The translations under genes and the position numbers were made by a program. Positions 58,615 to 64,000 of a DNA stretch of 64,000 nt are shown here, piece after piece. Below the pieces are notes generated by a model. It worked only from the letters and a program-made list of their open reading frames with translations. It did not search any database and had not been told where the DNA came from. Origin of the DNA: an uncultured Candidatus Saccharibacteria bacterium (GTDB lineage: Bacteria; Patescibacteriota; UBA1384; XYA2-FULL-43-10; 1-14-0-10-43-13); NCBI GenBank assembly GCA_964543385.1, contig CAZIYE010000001.1, forward strand, positions 422,755 through 486,754. The letters are read 5' to 3'. Every line of letters begins with the position of its first letter. Position 1 is the stretch's first letter.

Positions 58615-58941
58615 GTGTTAATGAGTTTTATTATCAAAGCATTGGCAGCCAATGATGATGTGAATACTGACAATCTTGGCCTTCAGCTCGTTGGTGGTGC
58701 TAGTGATATCCAGGGGTTGATAACGGCAGTTTTGCCATGGGTAAGTTTAGCAGCAGGTGTAATTGCATTTGCTTATCTAATTTATTCAGGCTTCCTTTAT
58801 CTTTCAGCCGGTGGTAATGCCGAGTCTGCAAAGAAGGGCCAACAAGGAATTCTAAATGCAATTATTGGTTTGATTATTATTGCATTGGCCTACACTATCA
58901 CCACTGCTCTGGTTGGAACATTCAATAATACCACCAGTTAA
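58615..58941 (+). CDS. VirB2/TrbC-like two-TM small protein, paralog 4
   Basis: LAAGVIAFAYLIYSGFLYLSAGGNAESAKKGQQGILNAIIGLIIIALAY; GGAGG RBS. Confidence 0.55.
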   Translation: MLMSFIIKALAANDDVNTDNLGLQLVGGASDIQGLITAVLPWVSLAAGVIAFAYLIYSGFLYLSAGGNAESAKKGQQGILNAIIGLIIIALAYTITTALVGTFNNTTS

Positions 58942-58962
58942 TTCTAGCCATAAAGTCTTACA

Positions 58963-58998
58963 AAAAGCCCTTAAGTAGTGATGCTAAGGGGCTTTTTT
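58963..58998 (+). terminator. Intrinsic terminator after paralog 4 (AAAGCCCTTA ... TAAGGGGCTTTTTT)
   Basis: Hairpin with a one-base bulge, then T6. Confidence 0.6.
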
Positions 58999-59061
58999 AG
59001 TAGAAGTTGGCAATATAGCTAATGAATAAATAGTCAGGAGTTTTAAAATAAAAACAAACAT

Positions 59062-59361
59062 ATGATCACTGCCGAAAATATAAAAAATTTGTTTGTCCCA
59101 ATAATAAATCAGACTGTGACCGCGGAACAGCTTGTAGCTTCAATAGCCAATATTGCTGCTTCTGTTGCTGGTATAATAGCCTTCTTTTATCTTTTATATG
59201 CCGGACTATTATATATAACTTCTGGTAATAATCCAGATCAAGCAAAAAGAGCCCAGGCAGCTATTGCAAATGTTATTATAGGAATTATTGTTATTGCGCT
59301 ATCTTATCTTGTGATTAGAGTTATAGGTAATTTTGCAATAACGATAATTCAACCTAAATAG
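59062..59361 (+). CDS. VirB2/TrbC-like two-TM small protein, paralog 5 (own transcription unit)
   Basis: SVAGIIAFFYLLYAGLLYITSGNNPDQAKRAQAAIANVIIGIIVIALSY. Confidence 0.55.
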   Translation: MITAENIKNLFVPIINQTVTAEQLVASIANIAASVAGIIAFFYLLYAGLLYITSGNNPDQAKRAQAAIANVIIGIIVIALSYLVIRVIGNFAITIIQPK

Positions 59362-59363
59362 AA

Positions 59364-61010
59364 TTATGATTTGGTTACTCTCCAAACTTCTTCAATAGTA
59401 GTAGAGCCGGAAAGAGCTTTTATTAGACCATCTTGCTCCATTGTTATAATCCCTGTTTTGGCTGCACATTTTTCAAACTCTGATATAGAAGCGCTTGCAG
59501 CTATCAACTTTTCTATCTCTTCATTTGGTACTAAAATTTCCACCATGACTTGGCGGCCAGAGAACCCGGTTGTATTACACCTTTCGCATCCCTTGCCTCT
59601 GATCAATTTGACGTATTTATGGCTAATAAGTTCTAAAATATTTTTAGGAAGTCTATCAGAGATTCTGCTTAATGTTTCGACAACCGCTTGCCATGTCTGA
59701 GGCGCTGGAGAATATTCTTCCTTGCAATAAGGACAAATTTTTCTAATTAAACGCTGTGCCATAATAAGATTGATTGATCCTGATAATAAGAATGGTTTTA
59801 CTCCTATTTCAAGTAATCTTGCAAAAACTGAAGGCGCTGAATTCGCATGAATTGTAGATAAAAGCAAATGACCAGTTAAGGCAGCTTGTACAGCAATTTC
59901 TGCCGTTTCTTGGTCGCGTATCTCTCCGACCATTAAAATGTCAGGATCTTGGCGCAAGGAGGCTCGTAGACCATCTGCAAATTCATATCCTTGATTTGGA
60001 CGGACCTGACTTTGCTCTATTCCCTCAATTTTGTATTCTACGGGATCTTCTAAAGTAATGATTTTAACCCCTGGCTTCTTTACCTCCATTAAAAAAGCAT
60101 ACAAAGTTGATGATTTACCGCTACCAGTCGGTCCAGAAGTCATAATCATGCCATGAGGCTTAGATATGGCCTCCTTTATTGCTGCTAATGCGTCAGGTCT
60201 GAATCCAAGATTATCTAGCCTGAGAATAGATTTCTCTTGACCCAAAAGACGTAATACTATAGATTCGCCATAAGCAGACGGCATGATAGAAACTCTAAAA
60301 TCTATTTTTTCACTAGGAGAAGAAAAAGAGAATCTACCATCCTGAGGTTCATTAGATATATCCATTCGCAAGCTAGACAAGAATTTAATCCTTGAGACCA
60401 ATTGCTTATGATATTGTAATGGCAAAACGACAACATCCTGTAGGACGCCATCGATTCTAAATCTTACCAAGAACTCTGTTTCTGATGGTTCCAGATGTAT
60501 ATCAGAAGCGTTCAATTTCATAGCGCCAAGTAGGACAACATCTAAAAGTTTTGTCGTGTTGGCTTTCTTGGCAGCATCGGCAGCAGATTTAATATCTGTT
60601 ACTTTAATATCGTCATATTCTTTTACTTTTTGTTGCTCTTTTTTCTCGACTTCAGCAATTTTACTTTTATCTGACTCGTAACATGAAATACCATAATAAA
60701 GACTGGTTTGAGACATTAATACCATTGTAATAGTTATCCCTGTTTTCTGTCCCAAAGCTTTCAGATATTGAGTCATTTCAGAATCGTCTGGATTCATCAC
60801 TCCAATCTTTACCTCATTACCGGTTTTTAGATAGGGGACTACATGGTACCTTATAGCCATTTCTTCTGGAACAAGATCAAGGACATCTTTTACTATCGGA
60901 TAGTTTGCTAAAGAGACATAAGACAAATTATGCTTTTTGGCACGCTCGATTGTGTGCTGTTCTTCTTGTTCTCTATTAAGATAATAAAGTGTGTCATTTA
61001 TATCAGTCAT
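59364..61010 (-). CDS. Second PilB/GspE-family secretion ATPase (T2SSE_N plus ATPase plus tetracysteine)
   Basis: GspE_N domain, Walker A SGPTGSGKSSTL, His box, CPYC...CERC; 548 aa; convergent with the paralog array at a 2-bp gap. Confidence 0.85.
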   Translation of the reverse strand: MTDINDTLYYLNREQEEQHTIERAKKHNLSYVSLANYPIVKDVLDLVPEEMAIRYHVVPYLKTGNEVKIGVMNPDDSEMTQYLKALGQKTGITITMVLMSQTSLYYGISCYESDKSKIAEVEKKEQQKVKEYDDIKVTDIKSAADAAKKANTTKLLDVVLLGAMKLNASDIHLEPSETEFLVRFRIDGVLQDVVVLPLQYHKQLVSRIKFLSSLRMDISNEPQDGRFSFSSPSEKIDFRVSIMPSAYGESIVLRLLGQEKSILRLDNLGFRPDALAAIKEAISKPHGMIMTSGPTGSGKSSTLYAFLMEVKKPGVKIITLEDPVEYKIEGIEQSQVRPNQGYEFADGLRASLRQDPDILMVGEIRDQETAEIAVQAALTGHLLLSTIHANSAPSVFARLLEIGVKPFLLSGSINLIMAQRLIRKICPYCKEEYSPAPQTWQAVVETLSRISDRLPKNILELISHKYVKLIRGKGCERCNTTGFSGRQVMVEILVPNEEIEKLIAASASISEFEKCAAKTGIITMEQDGLIKALSGSTTIEEVWRVTKS

Positions 61011-61110
61011 ATTCTCCTATTTGATAATTATTTGTATTTTAAGTATAGCAAAATTCAAGTTTTACATAAAAGATGGATTTTGGAGTTCAATTTTGCTATA
61101 TTCTACGAGT

Positions 61111-61200
61111 GGAAGGTTGGCAGAGTGGTTTATAGCGCTGGTCTCGAACACCAGTTGGGTAGCAATACCCTCAGAGGTTCAAATCCTCTACCTTCCGCCA
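61111..61200 (+). tRNA. tRNA-Ser (anticodon CGA), long variable arm
   Basis: GGAAGGTTGGCAGAGTGG ... CTCGAAC anticodon loop ... GGTTCAAATCCTCTACCTTCCGCCA. Confidence 0.85.
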
Positions 61201-61233
61201 AAAAAGACTTGAATTACTTCAAGTCTTTTTTAA
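61201..61233 (+). terminator. Intrinsic terminator (AAGACTTGAA-ttac-TTCAAGTCTT plus T5)
   Basis: Perfect 10-bp stem then T-run, immediately 3' of tRNA-Ser. Confidence 0.7.
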
Positions 61234-61256
61234 ATAATACAGAAATTTCCAATGTC

Positions 61257-62138
61257 TTATTTTTTCTTTGTTCTCACAGTGACATTTACACCTAGCTTCT
61301 TTTCCTGTTTATCAAGCCTCTTATTCATCATATTTGTCATAAAATCCTTTTTATTAGGACTTTCAACCGCTTTTTTTACAACATCATTCTGGGCAGCAGC
61401 TAATTTTGGTTGTTCTGGTTTTGATGTTGCCCGCTGGACCATTATCTGTTTATTTACATACCATTGTTGACCTATACCAAAAACAGTAGTTGCAATCCAA
61501 TAAATCACAAGAGCAGCTGGCATTGTACGACCAAAAAATACAGTGATCAAGGGGGCAATAAACAACATTTGTTTTGTCATCATCGCTGTCGGATCGTTAG
61601 CTTCGGGCTTAACTATATTCTTTTGAGGCAACATTGTAAGGTATGACAAACCAAATTGTAAAAGACCCGCAACAATCGGCAGAATCCAAGGATCAGGCTT
61701 AGTGATATCCATTCCAAAAAAGAATGTGTTTAACGTCTCTGGCCTTGGCAGAAATGAATAAAGATCTTTATAGCTACTTATATCTAAACCACTTTTAAAA
61801 ACAGCAAAAAGAACCCAGATAATAGGAATTTGGATTAAAAGAGGTAGACAAGATCCAAAAGGGGAAAAACCCTCTTCTTTATACAAGGCCATTAAAGCCT
61901 TCGATTGCTCTTGCTGATCCTTTATTTCACTTCTAATTTTGTTAATCTTCGGCTGCATCTCCAAGCTTCTTACTTGATGGTGAGCGGCCTTTATGGATGA
62001 AGGCAATAATATCAATCTAACTATAATAGTCAAAACTATAATAGCTAAAGCAATAGAATGGCCAGGAATAAGCCATGCTATAAAAATTAACAAATTAAAA
62101 AACGGCTGATATAAGACTGTGTGTATAAAAGCTTTCAT
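61257..62138 (-). CDS. yidC: Membrane protein insertase YidC (short Gram-positive/CPR type)
   Basis: 5-TM core with a conserved Arg in TM1 (IIVRLILLP), basic C-terminal tail KKLGVNVTVRTKKK; 293 aa. Confidence 0.85.
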   Translation of the reverse strand: MKAFIHTVLYQPFFNLLIFIAWLIPGHSIALAIIVLTIIVRLILLPSSIKAAHHQVRSLEMQPKINKIRSEIKDQQEQSKALMALYKEEGFSPFGSCLPLLIQIPIIWVLFAVFKSGLDISSYKDLYSFLPRPETLNTFFFGMDITKPDPWILPIVAGLLQFGLSYLTMLPQKNIVKPEANDPTAMMTKQMLFIAPLITVFFGRTMPAALVIYWIATTVFGIGQQWYVNKQIMVQRATSKPEQPKLAAAQNDVVKKAVESPNKKDFMTNMMNKRLDKQEKKLGVNVTVRTKKK

Positions 62139-62155
62139 ACTTTTTTAAAAATTAA

Positions 62156-62200
62156 GAATTAAGCATTAAAAACTGCTTATCAGCACTTAATGCTTAATTC
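62156..62200. promoter_or_regulatory. 13-bp perfect inverted repeat GAATTAAGCATTA-N19-TAATGCTTAATTC in the yidD-yidC spacer (attenuator or operator candidate)
   Basis: Read directly; contains the recurrent GAATTAAG motif and is followed on the minus strand by a T-rich tract. Confidence 0.45.
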
Positions 62201-62209
62201 TTGATTTGT

Positions 62210-62443
62210 TTATGCTGGGTCATGACCTCCCTTACTCCACGGATTACATCTTAGCAATCTATAAGCTCCTTTGACAAGACCCTTGAGCACACCATATTTT
62301 ATAATTGAATGTTTGCAATATTCAGAGCAGGTAGGATTATATTTACAATAACCTCCAGGGTAATTACCCCTAAACCAACCATAGTCGGGAGAAAGGGTCC
62401 TTTGATATACCTCAATAATTTTAATTATTATCTTATTAATCAT
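62210..62443 (-). CDS. yidD: Membrane protein insertion efficiency factor YidD
   Basis: CKYNPTCSEYCKHSIIKYG ... RLLRCNPW matches the YidD motif; 77 aa. Confidence 0.85.
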   Translation of the reverse strand: MINKIIIKIIEVYQRTLSPDYGWFRGNYPGGYCKYNPTCSEYCKHSIIKYGVLKGLVKGAYRLLRCNPWSKGGHDPA

Positions 62444-62784
62444 TTATACACCTTCAACGATTCTATACCCGTCTGAAAATCCTTATTCATCAGGCTAATA
62501 TCACAAGGGGAAGGATATCTCTCTCTAACAATTATAATTATATCGTGACCAGGCAAAATTTTATCCAAATGCTGTCGTGATATTGCTCGGAGACGTCTTT
62601 TGATTGCATTTCGCCTAGTAGAGCGTTTATCAATCTTATTACTAATCACAAAACCAAAGCGCACAAAAGGAGCTTTACCTTTGAGTACACGAAAAAATAA
62701 TCTTCCAGCCACGACATTTCGCGATAAAGAAAAAATCTTTTTAAAATCCTTGTCTTTTTTTAATCTGTTTCTGTTATCAAGCAT
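62440..62784 (-). CDS. rnpA: RNase P protein component
   Basis: Basic protein with the RNR-like RRNAIKRRLR motif, 114 aa, between rpmH and yidD as usual. Confidence 0.85.
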   Translation of the reverse strand: MLDNRNRLKKDKDFKKIFSLSRNVVAGRLFFRVLKGKAPFVRFGFVISNKIDKRSTRRNAIKRRLRAISRQHLDKILPGHDIIIIVRERYPSPCDISLMNKDFQTGIESLKVYK

Positions 62785-62900
62785 TGAACTTGATTATAAC
62801 ACAAAATAACTGTTTTTAACAAGTTCCTCTATTCTAGCCATATAAATTTAAAAAAAGAGCCCGTAAGCTCTTCTATATAGAAGCTGTTAGATATAAAGAA

Positions 62901-63035
62901 TTAGACAGCTAGTATTTTTCTACCCTTGGTTCTGCGTCTTTTCAAAACAGTCCTACCGTTTAGGGTGGACATTCTCTCTAAGAATCCATGGACTCTTTGT
63001 CTTCTTCTTTTGTTTGGTTGATAAGTTCTCTTCAT
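62901..63035 (-). CDS. rpmH: 50S ribosomal protein L34
   Basis: Hand translation gives [44 protein letters not shown] (44 aa), a canonical L34. Below the ORF-track size cutoff. Confidence 0.85.
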   Translation of the reverse strand: MKRTYQPNKRRRQRVHGFLERMSTLNGRTVLKRRRTKGRKILAV

Positions 63036-63184
63036 AACTATAGTAGACTTTAACACAAAAAAGCTCCAAAATCAAGGGTCATAGATTAGACAAATAAATA
63101 AAAAAACAAATGCTGTATTTTTCCCAATTTATATAGATTTAAAAACAAGAAACCATGCTTCGAAATACGTTGTATTGCATAGCT

Positions 63185-63193
63185 TGTGGATAA
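63185..63193. promoter_or_regulatory. Perfect DnaA box (TGTGGATAA, complement of TTATCCACA) in the AT-rich rpmH-dnaA spacer (dnaA promoter/oriC region)
   Basis: Consensus 9-mer 45 bp upstream of the dnaA ATG. Confidence 0.6.
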
Positions 63194-63237
63194 CTTGTTA
63201 TATTGTGCGATAGATAGAATTAAATATTATTACCACA

Positions 63238-64000
63238 ATGGATCTAACAGAAGTCTGGCGTAATGCGCTTGGTGAGTTACAAGTAACCTTATCAAAAGCA
63301 AACTTTGAAACATGGTTTAAAAATACTTTTATTTTTGAATATAAAAAAGACATTTTCACTATTGGAGTACCAACTTTCTTCGTTGAAGATTGGCTTAAGA
63401 AAAAATATTTTAAAGATATTCATAAGGCACTTCAAAACCAAGTAGGGGAACCAATACAGCTAATAAAATTTAAAATAGCCACACCCAAAGACGACCAACT
63501 AGTGAGCTTCGATAAGGATAAGGTTATCCACAAGCCTGTGGATAAGCCGACAGTCATCGCAACGGAAATATTCCGACGTGTTTCCCAGAATCCAACCCTG
63601 AACGATAACTATATCTTTGATAATTTCATTGTCGGACCCTCAAATCAATTGGCATTCGCTGCAGCACAAGCAGTAGTGGATAAACCAGGAACTCAATACA
63701 ATCCTCTTTTTATATATGGCGATTCTGGTCTTGGTAAAACTCACCTGATGCAAGCTATTGGTCATGCCTATCTAAATAGATATCCAGACAAACGTGTACT
63801 GTATGTTTCCACCGAAACTTTTGTCAATGATTTTATTCAAGCTGTTGGTTCTGGGTTTGGAAAAGCCAAGGACTTTAAGAATCTTTATCGCAATGTAGAT
63901 CTACTTCTTATCGACGACATCCAGTTTTTATCAACAAAAGAACAAACACAAGATGAGTTTTTTCATACTTTCAATCATCTGCACCAGAACAAAAAACAAG
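63238..64000 (+). CDS. dnaA: Chromosomal replication initiator DnaA (N-terminal about 254 codons; runs off the window end)
   Basis: Hand translation gives MDLTEVWRNALGELQ ... NPLFIYGDSGLGKTHL (Walker A) ... LLLIDDIQFL (Walker B). Not in the ORF track because no stop falls within the window. Confidence 0.9.
   Translation, partial: MDLTEVWRNALGELQVTLSKANFETWFKNTFIFEYKKDIFTIGVPTFFVEDWLKKKYFKDIHKALQNQVGEPIQLIKFKIATPKDDQLVSFDKDKVIHKPVDKPTVIATEIFRRVSQNPTLNDNYIFDNFIVGPSNQLAFAAAQAVVDKPGTQYNPLFIYGDSGLGKTHLMQAIGHAYLNRYPDKRVLYVSTETFVNDFIQAVGSGFGKAKDFKNLYRNVDLLLIDDIQFLSTKEQTQDEFFHTFNHLHQNKKQ

Noticed and set aside
60930-61295. 121-aa and 73-aa ORFs (60930-61295, 60991-61212)
   Set aside because: They span tRNA-Ser(CGA) and its terminator and overlap the pilB2 5' end, with no RBS; spurious.
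1-64000. CRISPR arrays, IS elements, integrases, rRNA genes
   Set aside because: No regularly spaced direct repeats, transposase/integrase-like ORFs or rRNA-like sequence were seen anywhere in the window.

Overview
Low-GC (about 36-38%) Patescibacteria/CPR-like chromosomal segment with small genes, read in the standard genetic code; a Saccharibacteria-like episymbiont is an inference, not a sequence observation. The 3' end of the window spans the replication-origin gene cluster: rpmH-rnpA-yidD-yidC on the minus strand, then a DnaA box, then dnaA starting at 63238 and running off the window. Housekeeping content includes metG, gltX, rsmI, rsmA, rlmN, dnaB, dnaX, dnaE, uvrD/pcrA, rplS, rpmA, ndk, sodA, galU, yidC and rnpA, plus six tRNAs (Glu, Gln, Arg, Ser x3). 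On top of this sit several accessory or unusual modules. (1) A type IV pilus operon pilB-pilC-pilM-pilN-pilO whose PilB ATPase carries an N-terminal HU/IHF-like DNA-binding domain; it is flanked by a PilX-like minor pilin, a PAS histidine kinase and two standalone receiver domains. (2) A lipoprotein followed by a tandem array of five paralogous small two-TM VirB2/TrbC-like proteins, convergent with a second PilB/GspE-type ATPase. (3) A 1547-aa membrane-anchored giant surface protein with an IPT/TIG domain and at least six tandem Ig-like repeats. (4) Four compositionally aberrant GC-rich (about 50%+) segments encoding unknown proteins, two of them flanking uvrD, with an about 800-bp ORF-free structured region next to one. 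(5) Short heptamer tandem repeats and a recurrent GAATTAAG motif at the 5' ends of uvrD, dnaX and yidC. Functional assignments rest on motif recognition by eye; no database search was run.
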